From an uncultured delta proteobacterium (GTDB lineage: Bacteria > Desulfobacterota > Binatia > Binatales > Binataceae): a stretch of DNA of 64,000 nt. The stretch covers positions 928,001 to 992,000 of the forward strand of contig CAVQEQ010000003.1 in NCBI GenBank assembly GCA_963711565.1. Reading direction: 5' to 3'. The number at the start of each line of letters is the position of its first letter. Positions within the stretch are counted from its first letter, which is position 1. Made by a program: the position numbers and the translations under genes. Below, in pieces: positions 11,907 to 20,790 of this stretch. The notes below the pieces were generated by a model. The model ran no database searches and was not told the origin of the DNA. It saw only the letters and a program-made list of their open reading frames with translations.

Positions 11907-13040
11907 TCAAGGGCAGTTTCGAGCCGCCCGATACCCCGCCTGCTCCGCAGCTTCGCGGCTAGGAAACTCGACGCGATTCTCGGGCGCCATCTTGTCGTAA
12001 GTCCCGCATCCGGGCCACGCGTAAATTTTGCTTCGCCGATTGCCGACGATCTGATCGGCGACCGCTGATGAAACAACCGGCGCCGCGGCGGGGCTCGCCG
12101 CATGCATCGTATCGTTCATTGCAACCGGCTGAGTCCAGATCTCATTCAACAGGCTCGCGAGCCTGAATCCCGCCTTCGCAAGCTGGTGACCAGCGATCGT
12201 GTCAGCGTGGCCCAGATAAGAGGAGTTAAGTTCGACTTTGGGTTTGTTGCCGCACACGGCGGCGGGGGGAACGCATGGCTCGACCGGAAGTTTAAGCGCT
12301 TCGTATATTTCGGAATGAGCGATTTGATTCGATTCCCATGCGATATCGTCGGTATGTCCCGGAACCCACGCGTCGAGTTCTTTTTCGGCCGCGTATGTCC
12401 GTTCCAGCTTGTGAGCGGTCGTCTCGGGCTTTCCGGAATCGATTTCGTATTCGAGATCGCGCACGACGGTAGTGTCCCAGACCGCGTGAAGATTCGTTTC
12501 CAGCGAACGCAAATCGACAATCACGCAATTGCCCCCAAGATCCCCGTTGTTCGCGGCGTGAAGAGGTTGATGGATGTCGCCGACAAAATGAATCAAGAAC
12601 GCCAGATCGCCGGCAGCGCCCCAGCGGTCGTAGTTCGCGTCTTTCAGGCGCTTCGAGTACTCGTCGATTTTAGCAGTAACGCAGTTGCCCTCATGGCATT
12701 CTCCAGGAACATCTATGCGCCGGTCTTTCAGGCAAATGTCGATGAAGTGCCATGGCTTCGTGAGAGGATATTCTTCGCGGAACTCGGGTCGATCGGGAAG
12801 GATCGCAGCCGCCTCCATCGCTGTTGCAGTTGCACTTTTGTTGGGTTGCGCGCCAAGGATGCTCGCAACATGAATCTGAGCGGTAGGGGTGAGGTTATCC
12901 GCCGCAATAACCGCGACGATTTTGTGGCCTTGGTCTCCCCAACCCCACGCCGCCACGGGGCAGAGCAGAACTGCCAGCATGACGTTCGTAATTCGAAGTG
13001 CGGTTGAACGCGTTTTCTTTGTTAGCATGGCGCCACTCAT
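11907..13040 (-). CDS. Secreted S1/P1 nuclease with C-terminal Ada-metal-binding-like domain
   Basis: Signal peptide, then WGDQGH, HFVGDIHQPLH and NLHAVWD zinc-ligand motifs; tail IVGNRRSKIYAWPGC...EAAEQAGYRAARNCP. Confidence 0.88.
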   Translation of the reverse strand: MSGAMLTKKTRSTALRITNVMLAVLLCPVAAWGWGDQGHKIVAVIAADNLTPTAQIHVASILGAQPNKSATATAMEAAAILPDRPEFREEYPLTKPWHFIDICLKDRRIDVPGECHEGNCVTAKIDEYSKRLKDANYDRWGAAGDLAFLIHFVGDIHQPLHAANNGDLGGNCVIVDLRSLETNLHAVWDTTVVRDLEYEIDSGKPETTAHKLERTYAAEKELDAWVPGHTDDIAWESNQIAHSEIYEALKLPVEPCVPPAAVCGNKPKVELNSSYLGHADTIAGHQLAKAGFRLASLLNEIWTQPVAMNDTMHAASPAAAPVVSSAVADQIVGNRRSKIYAWPGCGTYDKMAPENRVEFPSREAAEQAGYRAARNCP

Positions 13041-13088
13041 CCTGAACCGCACCTTTCCTTCCCAGGGTAAGACGTGTAAGACAACATT

Positions 13089-13340
13089 ATGAGCTCATCG
13101 ACTCTCTCGACCAAGGGGCAACTCGTCATCCCGACTCAATACCGCAGAGCGCTGAACCTGCGGCCGGGGGATAAAGTCGAGGTGACGCTTAAAGGACAAC
13201 AATTGATATTGGAGCGCAAATCCGCCCGCGCAGCAAAACTGACGCGCGGAAGGTTCGGGCGCCCCGTCCTGGTTTCGGCTCCGGGAGCTCCGGCGATAAC
13301 GACCGAGACCGTGAACGCGCTGCTCGACGAGCTCCCATGA
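13089..13340 (+). CDS. vapB: AbrB/MazE/SpoVT-family antitoxin
   Basis: STLSTKGQLVIP swapped-hairpin motif; overlaps the downstream PIN gene (ATGA); GTAAGAC direct repeat just upstream (13067-13082). Confidence 0.85.
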   Translation: MSSSTLSTKGQLVIPTQYRRALNLRPGDKVEVTLKGQQLILERKSARAAKLTRGRFGRPVLVSAPGAPAITTETVNALLDELP

Positions 13341-13735
13341 GTCATCTGCTCGACGTGAACTTCCTGATTGCGTGTGGATGGCAGTCGCATGCCAGCCATG
13401 TACGAGCAAGCCGATGGCTCGGCCGCGCAAAGTCGTTTGCGACCAGCCCCCTCAGCGAGATGGGCTTTCTCAGGGTCAGTCTTAGTCCCGCCTTTGGCGC
13501 GCGCTTCGAAGACGCGATCGCGGCACTCGAAGCGATCGTTCGGATGCGCGGGCATCGATTCGTACGAGACGATACTCGCGCGCGATCGTTGCCCTTGGTC
13601 GCCAGTACCAAGGATGTTACGGACGCCCACCTGGTCTATCTGGCGCGGCGGTATCGCTTGAAGCTGGCGACCTTCGACGCAGCCCTGTGTGACAAACCAT
13701 GGGCCCAAGGAGTGGCCGAGGATCCCACGATCTGA
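13337..13735 (+). CDS. vapC: PIN-domain toxin
   Basis: LLDVNFLIA, SEMGFLR, VTDAHL and LATFD PIN acidic motifs. Confidence 0.88.
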   Translation: MSHLLDVNFLIACGWQSHASHVRASRWLGRAKSFATSPLSEMGFLRVSLSPAFGARFEDAIAALEAIVRMRGHRFVRDDTRARSLPLVASTKDVTDAHLVYLARRYRLKLATFDAALCDKPWAQGVAEDPTI

Positions 13736-13809
13736 TCCAAAGTACAAAAATTTCTCGCAACGAGACGGGTAAACCTGATTCTGAGGATTTTTGAAAACCT
13801 GGGCTACCG

Positions 13810-14250
13810 ATGCCAATTGCTGCACTTGACCTCGGACGCCGCCGCATCGGAATCGCTGTCACCGACGCGGCCGCGATGGGCGCGCATCCGCTTGGAATCG
13901 TCGAGCGGCGAGCGCTCAAGCACGACCTCGACGCGATTGCCACGATGCTGCGCGACCGTCACGTCAGCACTATCGTCGTCGGTCTGCCGCTCAACATGGA
14001 TGGCACCGAGGGTCCCGCCGCCCGCTCAGCGCGGACGTTCGCTGAGCGTCTCGCAGAGGCGCTGCACGTCGCCGTCGAGATGTTCGACGAGCGGCTGACG
14101 AGCTTCGAGGCACGTGAGCGTCTCGCGGGCATGCCGGCCCCCAAGGGTGCGCGCAAGACCGGCCTCGACGCGCTCGCCGCGGTCGTCATCCTCGAAGGCT
14201 GGATGCGAGCGCACCCGGATAAAGTTAGTGCGGACAAGAGCGGAACTTGA
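13810..14250 (+). CDS. ruvX: Holliday junction resolvase-like / pre-16S rRNA nuclease YqgF
   Basis: ALDLGRRRIGIAVTD, VVGLPLNMDG, FDERLTS, DALAAVVILE. Confidence 0.95.
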   Translation: MPIAALDLGRRRIGIAVTDAAAMGAHPLGIVERRALKHDLDAIATMLRDRHVSTIVVGLPLNMDGTEGPAARSARTFAERLAEALHVAVEMFDERLTSFEARERLAGMPAPKGARKTGLDALAAVVILEGWMRAHPDKVSADKSGT

Positions 14251-14255
14251 TTGAA

Positions 14256-14311
14256 ATGAAACCCGCCGTGGGTTTCATGCTTCCTTGGGCAGGGGGTGAC
14301 CCCTGCACCCA
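14256..14311. repeat. Two adjacent hairpins between ruvX and mltG
   Basis: ATGAAACCC-N5-GGGTTTCAT (14256-14278) and GCAGGGG-GTGA-CCCCTGC (14289-14306). Confidence 0.55.
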
Positions 14312-14370
14312 GTGTTAAGAGCGATCGCGGTTGATGAAAAATCGGCGCGCTAAAGATAGTCTCAGCTTGG

Positions 14371-15387
14371 ATGAAGCTTGCGGTATCACTTCTGGTAATC
14401 GCGATCCTCATAGGCGCGACGTACGCCGCGTTTTCGTATTACTGGCTTAGTCCCACCGAAAAATTCGCGCCGCCGCGCGAGGTCACGATTGACAAGGGCG
14501 AGTCCTTTCGCCAAATCGCGCGAGCGCTTGCCGACGCCGGCGTCGTGCGCAGCACGCTCGCACTTCGCTTGTACGGCCGCATCAGCGGGACTGCGAGCCA
14601 GATCAAGCCCGGTGACTATGCGTTCAAGGGCGACGAGCGCATCACCGACGTGATGCGCCATCTGGTCAATGGCGATTTCATCGTCGTGACGATCACGATT
14701 CCCGAGGGCCTTACCGTTCATGAGATTGCGGAGCGGGTGGCGCAAACCGGCCTCGTCTGCGAAGACGAATTCGAGGATGCCGCGCGGGACGGCGCGATTG
14801 TGAGGGCGCTCGGCCTGATGCCGCTCGGCGCGGAAGGCTACCTGTTCCCCGCGACCTACAAATTTTCGCCGCACGCCAAAACCGACGACGTGCTCGCCGC
14901 GATGCTCGCGCGGTTCTTCCAGGTCCTCACGCCCGAGGTTGAGGAGCGCATGTTCGCGGACGGCCTCGACGCGCGGCGGCTGGTCACGATGGCTTCGATC
15001 GTCGAGAAGGAAGCGAAGGCGCCGGCCGAGCGCCCCCTGATCGCGGGTGTCTTCTACAATCGGCTGCGGCTTGGGATGCCGCTGCAATCCGATCCCACTG
15101 CCGAATACGAGCTCGACGGCGTCAAGGAGTCGGCCGCCAGCGCCGTTCATACAACCTCCGCCTTCAACACTTACGACTTCACCGGCTTGCCGCCGGGGCC
15201 GATTGCAAATCCGGGATTGAAATCAATCGAGGCCGCGCTGTATCCGACGCAGACCGATTATCTCTATTTCGTCGCGCGCGAAGGCGGTACTCACGTCTTT
15301 TCGAAATCGTACGACGAGCATCGCCGCGTGATAGCCTCCGAACGGAAACCGGCGCCGGGGAAACCAACTACAACGCCGGTAAAATAG
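14371..15387 (+). CDS. mltG: Endolytic murein transglycosylase
   Basis: TIPEG, EGYLFPATY, ASIVEKE, FYNRL, LQSDPT, GLPPGPIANPG, YLYFV. Confidence 0.96.
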   Translation: MKLAVSLLVIAILIGATYAAFSYYWLSPTEKFAPPREVTIDKGESFRQIARALADAGVVRSTLALRLYGRISGTASQIKPGDYAFKGDERITDVMRHLVNGDFIVVTITIPEGLTVHEIAERVAQTGLVCEDEFEDAARDGAIVRALGLMPLGAEGYLFPATYKFSPHAKTDDVLAAMLARFFQVLTPEVEERMFADGLDARRLVTMASIVEKEAKAPAERPLIAGVFYNRLRLGMPLQSDPTAEYELDGVKESAASAVHTTSAFNTYDFTGLPPGPIANPGLKSIEAALYPTQTDYLYFVAREGGTHVFSKSYDEHRRVIASERKPAPGKPTTTPVK

Positions 15388-15443
15388 GGTCCTTCGGGCC
15401 GACGATTGAACGGTCGCATCTGCGTCGAGTACGCTATAGTTTC

Positions 15444-17024
15444 ATGCCTGTGGACAATCCGGTCGAGACTATAGGTGCTGCGCGCGCGCGACTCGCGCGG
15501 CTGGCCGCAATCCGCGCGATGCTGTGCGCGGTTGCGCCTGCCCTCACCGCGATAGCGTTGGGATTGTTGCTCGAACCTATCGGCAGCTTGACCTGGGCGC
15601 GCTACGGCTACTCGCTCGCGCCCGATCGCGCCAACGTGCTGAGCCTCGCGTTGGTCGGCGCGGGCATTGTGGTGCTTGCGGCCGGATTGGTCATGGCGTT
15701 TCGCGCGTATCGACGCGCCGACGATTTCGTCTCGGCCGCCGCCGAGCTCGACGACCGCCTCGAATGCAATCAGGAGATCGTCACCTTCGCCACTCTCGCC
15801 GATCCTTCCGCGCCGGAGAGCGGCCGGGCGCGGCGCACGCCGTTGTTCCCGATTCTGTGGCGGCGCGCAATCGCGTTGTTCGGCGGACTCAACGTCCGCC
15901 GCGAATTCAGACTCGAAGTCGGCGAGCCGCTCAAGCGTTCCTCGATTTTTGCCGGCGTGGTCGCGCTCGCGATGGTGCTCGCGACGTTGGGCTTGGTGCG
16001 CGCGCCGACGCCCGCGAATCGGGAAGCCGCCAAGCTGCGCGCGATCGCCGAGGAGATCGCCAAAACCGCGACCGGTCCCGGCGATACCGCGCTCGCCGAC
16101 AAGATTCGCGCGGCAGCCGACGCGCTGGAAAGTCCCGAGCTGCCGCCCGAAGAGAAGAAGAAGCGCATCGAGGATGCGATGCGTGAGGCCAACCACGCCG
16201 CCGAGAAGCGCAACATCAGCGAGGCTGGAAAAAATCAGGCGGCCGGCAAATCCACCGCGCAGAGCGGGAAGGGCAACGGCAAGAGCCAGGGCCAGGGCAA
16301 CTCTTCCGGCACCGGCAGCGGTCAGGCCAAGGCGGGCACGGGATCCGGACAGACTGCGGGCGGCAACAACCCCGGTTCGGGCAATGGCGGCGCCGGCAAC
16401 AACTCCGGCAAGAACGACGGCGGCAACGGCTCTGCGAAAAACGACAAGAACGATCGGAACAAGGGCGCCAATTCGAACATCGAGCTCAACAACGAACTCG
16501 CCAAAGCCGAAGCGCAGGTCGAGACCCCTAACGCGAAGAATCCCGGGCCCGACAGCAAGCCTGGCAACGACAAGAACCAGAGCGGCGCCAACAAGCCCGG
16601 CGACAAGCCCGATCTGAACGGCGGCAGCCAGCCCGATCCCAACCGTCCCGGCGAGATCCCGAAGCCAGGCGCCAACGGCGATCGCAATGTTCCGTCCGCC
16701 GGCGGCAATCCCAAAAACAACCGCGACATGGGCTCAAACATGGGCGATACGCATCTCGGCGAGATGCCGACGTCCACCAATGCGCAGCGCTTCCTGAAGC
16801 CCGGCGAGAAAGGCTCGACGGTCGATATCAAGGACGCGCGCTACGTCATGTTCCGGCTGCCGGGCGCACCCACTTCCGGTAACGGCGGGAGAACTGTCCT
16901 CGACGCCGATCAGCCCAAGGCGACTACTGCTTACGTCAATGCTCCGCTGGCGCCGAGCGCCGACGACGCGCCGCCAGACGAACGACAACTCGTGCCGCCG
17001 CGTTATCGCGACATGATTCACTAG
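15444..17024 (+). CDS. Membrane protein with long Gly/Asn/Lys/Pro-rich disordered region (MoxR-operon accessory)
   Basis: N-terminal hydrophobic helices, coiled segment, low-complexity tail ending VPPRYRDMIH; first gene of the MoxR cluster. Confidence 0.7.
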   Translation: MPVDNPVETIGAARARLARLAAIRAMLCAVAPALTAIALGLLLEPIGSLTWARYGYSLAPDRANVLSLALVGAGIVVLAAGLVMAFRAYRRADDFVSAAAELDDRLECNQEIVTFATLADPSAPESGRARRTPLFPILWRRAIALFGGLNVRREFRLEVGEPLKRSSIFAGVVALAMVLATLGLVRAPTPANREAAKLRAIAEEIAKTATGPGDTALADKIRAAADALESPELPPEEKKKRIEDAMREANHAAEKRNISEAGKNQAAGKSTAQSGKGNGKSQGQGNSSGTGSGQAKAGTGSGQTAGGNNPGSGNGGAGNNSGKNDGGNGSAKNDKNDRNKGANSNIELNNELAKAEAQVETPNAKNPGPDSKPGNDKNQSGANKPGDKPDLNGGSQPDPNRPGEIPKPGANGDRNVPSAGGNPKNNRDMGSNMGDTHLGEMPTSTNAQRFLKPGEKGSTVDIKDARYVMFRLPGAPTSGNGGRTVLDADQPKATTAYVNAPLAPSADDAPPDERQLVPPRYRDMIH

Positions 17025-17048
17025 ATTCAGTACAAGGAAGGACAACGG

Positions 17049-18068
17049 ATGGGAGCGGCTCCTCAACAGGTTTCACCCGACCAGCGGGTGGCGGATTTTC
17101 GCAAGACCTTCTCGCGCGCCGAGAGCGAAGTCGCGCGCGTAATCGTCGGCCATCGCGAAGTGGTGAGAAAAATGCTGACCGCGCTCTTTTGCGGCGGCCA
17201 TATTTTGATCGAAGGCGTTCCCGGACTCGGCAAGACCCTGATGGTTAAGGCGGCCAGCGAAACCCTCGGCCTCAGCTTCAAGCGAATCCAGTTCACACCC
17301 GACCTGATGCCCTCGGACATTATCGGCACGCAGGTGCTGACCGAATCCGACGGCCATCGCGAATTCCAGTTCAAACCGGGCCCGATCTTCGCCCACATGG
17401 TCTTGGGCGACGAGATCAATCGCGCCACGCCGAAGACGCAGTCGGCCGTGCTCGAGGCGATGGAAGAGCATCAGGTCACTGTTTTCGGCACCACCTACGT
17501 CCTCGATCCGCCGTATATCGTGCTCGCCACGCAAAATCCGATCGAGCTCGAAGGTACCTATCCACTGCCCGAGGCGCAGATGGATCGCTTCATCTTCAAA
17601 GTCGTGATGGGATCGCCAAAGCCCGACGAACTGCGCGAAATTCTCAATCGCACCACCGGCACGGCGCAGAACAAAATTCAGCCGCTGTTCGAGCCCGCCC
17701 GCGCGCCGGCTGCGATCGAGAATCTCAAGGCCCTGGTGCGCGAGGTGATGGTTGCCGAGCCGCTCGAGCGTTACATCATAAGCGTGATCGGCGGATGCAC
17801 TCCCGGCGGCCCCGGCGCGATCCCCGAGGTCTCGCAGTATCTGCGTTTCGGGCCGAGTCCGCGCGGTGCACAGGCACTGATACTGTGCGCCAAGGTTAAT
17901 GCGCTGCTGGCGGGCCGAGTGAGCGTTAGTTATGACGATATCGACGACGCCATCATCCCGTGCCTGCGTCATCGCTTGCTGCTGAACTTCCAGGCCGAGG
18001 CTGAAAGTGTTTCTTCGGAATCGATCCTCGAGCAGGTGATAAAGCGGCTCAAGAAGCCGCGCACGTAG
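17049..18068 (+). CDS. moxR: MoxR family AAA+ ATPase
   Basis: HILIEGVPGLGKT, RIQFTPDLMPSDIIG, DEINRATPKTQSA, ATQNPIELEGTYPLPEAQMDRF. Confidence 0.96.
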   Translation: MGAAPQQVSPDQRVADFRKTFSRAESEVARVIVGHREVVRKMLTALFCGGHILIEGVPGLGKTLMVKAASETLGLSFKRIQFTPDLMPSDIIGTQVLTESDGHREFQFKPGPIFAHMVLGDEINRATPKTQSAVLEAMEEHQVTVFGTTYVLDPPYIVLATQNPIELEGTYPLPEAQMDRFIFKVVMGSPKPDELREILNRTTGTAQNKIQPLFEPARAPAAIENLKALVREVMVAEPLERYIISVIGGCTPGGPGAIPEVSQYLRFGPSPRGAQALILCAKVNALLAGRVSVSYDDIDDAIIPCLRHRLLLNFQAEAESVSSESILEQVIKRLKKPRT

Positions 18069-18071
18069 CCG

Positions 18072-18971
18072 ATGTTCGGATTGCCGGATGAGTTTACGCC
18101 GGGATTTCTCGCCCGGCTCGAAAAGCTCAGGATCAGAACCCGCCAGCGCTATGCGGGGCTTGGCCGGGGGATGCACCTGTCGCCCAAGCGCGGTTCGTCG
18201 CTCGAGTTCAACGACTATCGCCACTACTCGCCCGGCGACGACTTCCGCTACATCGACTGGGGCCTCTATGGCCGCAGCGACAAGCTCTACATCAAGCTCT
18301 TCCAGGAAGAGGAAGACCTGCTGACGTACATCTTCGTCGATGCGAGCGCGTCGATGGGATTCCCGGCCGGCGACCGCAAGTTCGAATCCGCGATGCTGAC
18401 CGCGCTCGCGCTTGCGTACGTCGCGCTGGCCAGCGGCGATCGCGTGATGCTGCGTGTGCTCGGCGGCAAGGGCGCGAAAGTCGATCCTTCGTTCGTCAAC
18501 GGACGCCATCGGATCGTCGAGCTCGCGCGCCGTCTCGCCGATCTGAAGCCCGGCGGCCAGTTCGACTTCGCGACTTCGCTGGCGACCGAGCTGCTCTCGA
18601 TTCGGCGCGCCGGCAAGGTGTTTATCGTTTCCGACTTCCTGATGCTCCTCAACTCGGTCACGAAAGGCCTTGGGATGTTCACCGCGGCCTCGATGGATCT
18701 CACCGCCGTGCAGATTCTTGGCGGGCGCGAGCTTAACGGACAGGGGCTCGACGGCGACGTCGAGGTGATCGATTCGGAATCGGGCGAGCGGTTGCGCGTG
18801 TCGATCGGCGAGCGCGAGCGCACGCAGTATCGCGAGACGATGACGCGTCTGACGCGCGAAATAAAATCTTTCTGCCTCAAGCGCGGGCTGCACTACTCGC
18901 TTTACACGACCGACAACGACTTCCAGCAGTTTTTCGTCCGCGCGACGCGCGACCTCGGCCTGGCGCACTGA
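18072..18971 (+). CDS. DUF58 domain protein
   Basis: GSSLEFNDYRHYSPGDDFRYIDW, DASASM, VSDF. Confidence 0.93.
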   Translation: MFGLPDEFTPGFLARLEKLRIRTRQRYAGLGRGMHLSPKRGSSLEFNDYRHYSPGDDFRYIDWGLYGRSDKLYIKLFQEEEDLLTYIFVDASASMGFPAGDRKFESAMLTALALAYVALASGDRVMLRVLGGKGAKVDPSFVNGRHRIVELARRLADLKPGGQFDFATSLATELLSIRRAGKVFIVSDFLMLLNSVTKGLGMFTAASMDLTAVQILGGRELNGQGLDGDVEVIDSESGERLRVSIGERERTQYRETMTRLTREIKSFCLKRGLHYSLYTTDNDFQQFFVRATRDLGLAH

Positions 18972-18982
18972 AGAGTTATACG

Positions 18983-20790
18983 ATGGGATTCCTCTACCCC
19001 GGCGCGCTCGTATTTTTCGCCGTCATTCCGGCGCTGGTGTTGGCGTATCTCGCCAAGGAGCGGCCGTCGCGCGTGACAGTCTCGAGCGTGATGGCGTTCC
19101 GCGCGCTGCGCGGGTTCCGACGCGAGCGTTTCGGTGGGTGGCCGCGGCTCGACTGGATGTTCTTCGCCGAGGTTTTCATCCTGAGCCTCGTCGTGCTCGC
19201 GATGGCGGGTCCGTTCATCTGGAAACGCACGGCGCCGCTCGCGGTCGTGCTCGATAATTCGGCGGCGATGCAGGCGTTGACGCCCTCGGGCAAGAGCCGT
19301 TTCGACCTCGCGCGTGAAAAGCTCGACGCCGAGTTGGCGGCCGAAAATGGCGCCGGCGAAATTTCCGTTTATGTCACGGCGCCGCAACCGCGCCGCGTCG
19401 CGCCGCCGTTCATCACGTTGACCGGGGCGCGACTCGCGCTGTTGCGCATCAAACCGAGCGACGCACCCAACGATCAGACGACGCTCGAGAACTTTCTCAG
19501 CAACCTCGCCTCGGAGGCGCGCGTCGCCAAGGTGATTTTCGCCGGCGCCAACGCGCTCGCGTCGCCCGTTCCCGCGCGGATTCATCCGATTGCGGTCGGC
19601 GACGCGGTCGCCAACGTGGCGATCGGCTCGTTCACACTGCGGCGCGAAGTCCTTGGCGCGGAGGCGCTTCACGCGAGTCTCACCATCGCCAACTTCAGCC
19701 CTGAAACGCGCACGCTCGATCTCACCGTGACCGGCGACGGCAAGGAAGTTGCGCATGCCAGGGAGGCGCTCGGCGCGCGCGAGACCGCGACGCTCGAATT
19801 TCCCGCGATCCCGCCCGCGCGGATTTACGAGGCGAAACTCGCCCCCGACGACGCGCTCGCGCTCGACAACGTTGCCTACGCGACCGCGGGCTCCGTCAAG
19901 AACGTGTCGATTCTCTTCGTCAGCCCGACTCCCGCCGACGCCGAGGGACTGAATTCGATTCCCGGCGTCGCCGTCACGGCGAAATATCCCGATTCATATT
20001 CGCCCGCCGAACTCGACAACTACGATCTCGCGATCTTTGAATACGCCACGCCCACGCAACTGCCCGCCGTGAACACGATGCTGGTGATGCCGCCGCCGGG
20101 CGATCCCGTCTTTGGCTTGTCGGTGACGCCGACTACAAGAGTCGAGATTGCCGGATGGCGCACGACCGACACGCTCACCGACTCGGTGAATTTCCGCTTG
20201 CTCAGCCTGCGCGGCGGCGAGTATTTCGGGACACATCCGTGGATGAGCCAGGTCGTCGGCGGCGACGGCGGCTCTTTGCTGTTGAAGGGCGAGCGCGGCG
20301 CGCATCGATTCGTGGCGACCGGCTTCAATCCGTTCCCGTATCTCGGGCGGCGCAACCTGCCGATGTCCGTGCTCACACTCAACGCGATCAGCTATCTCGC
20401 GGGACTCGGCGGCAGCAGCGGCAGCTACCGCACCGGACAGCCGTGGCTGGCGCCGGCGGCGTCGAGCAGGTGATCCTCCCGTCGGGAAGAAAGAAAGCCG
20501 CTCACCCCGGCACGCTCTTCACCGACGTGTCGGAGCAGGGAGTCTATGAACTGGTCGGTCCCGGCGGCGTCGAGACGCCGCGCGCGGTCAACCTGGCCGA
20601 CTTGACCGAATCCGATCTCTCCAGCTCGCCGCTGCTCAAGGTCGAAGGCGCGAACTCGGGTTCCGCCGCTGAGCCGGTAATGCAAAAGTCGTCGCTCAGC
20701 GACTACCTGCTCCTCGCGATAATCGCGCTGACGGCTCTGGAAGCCATCATCGTCTATCGGCGCCGGCGTATGATCGAGGCCGCGCAATGA
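18983..20790 (+). pseudogene. BatA/VWA-domain membrane protein with a 1-nt frameshift near 20458
   Basis: N-terminal BatA-like MGFLYP...LVLAMAGP, then LDNSAAM. The reading continues in the 20155-20790 frame (…GVEQVILP…TESDL…LEAIIVYRRRR); one missing G in GCG(G)GC would restore it. Confidence 0.75.

Noticed and set aside
16230-16750. GGCAAC-rich stretch as a DNA repeat array
   Set aside because: Explained by Gly/Asn/Lys low-complexity coding sequence; no fixed repeat unit
17073-18968. 631-aa minus-strand ORF and similar long antisense ORFs (e.g. 3261-4574, 24661-25755)
   Set aside because: Shadow frames of well-supported GC-rich genes on the opposite strand
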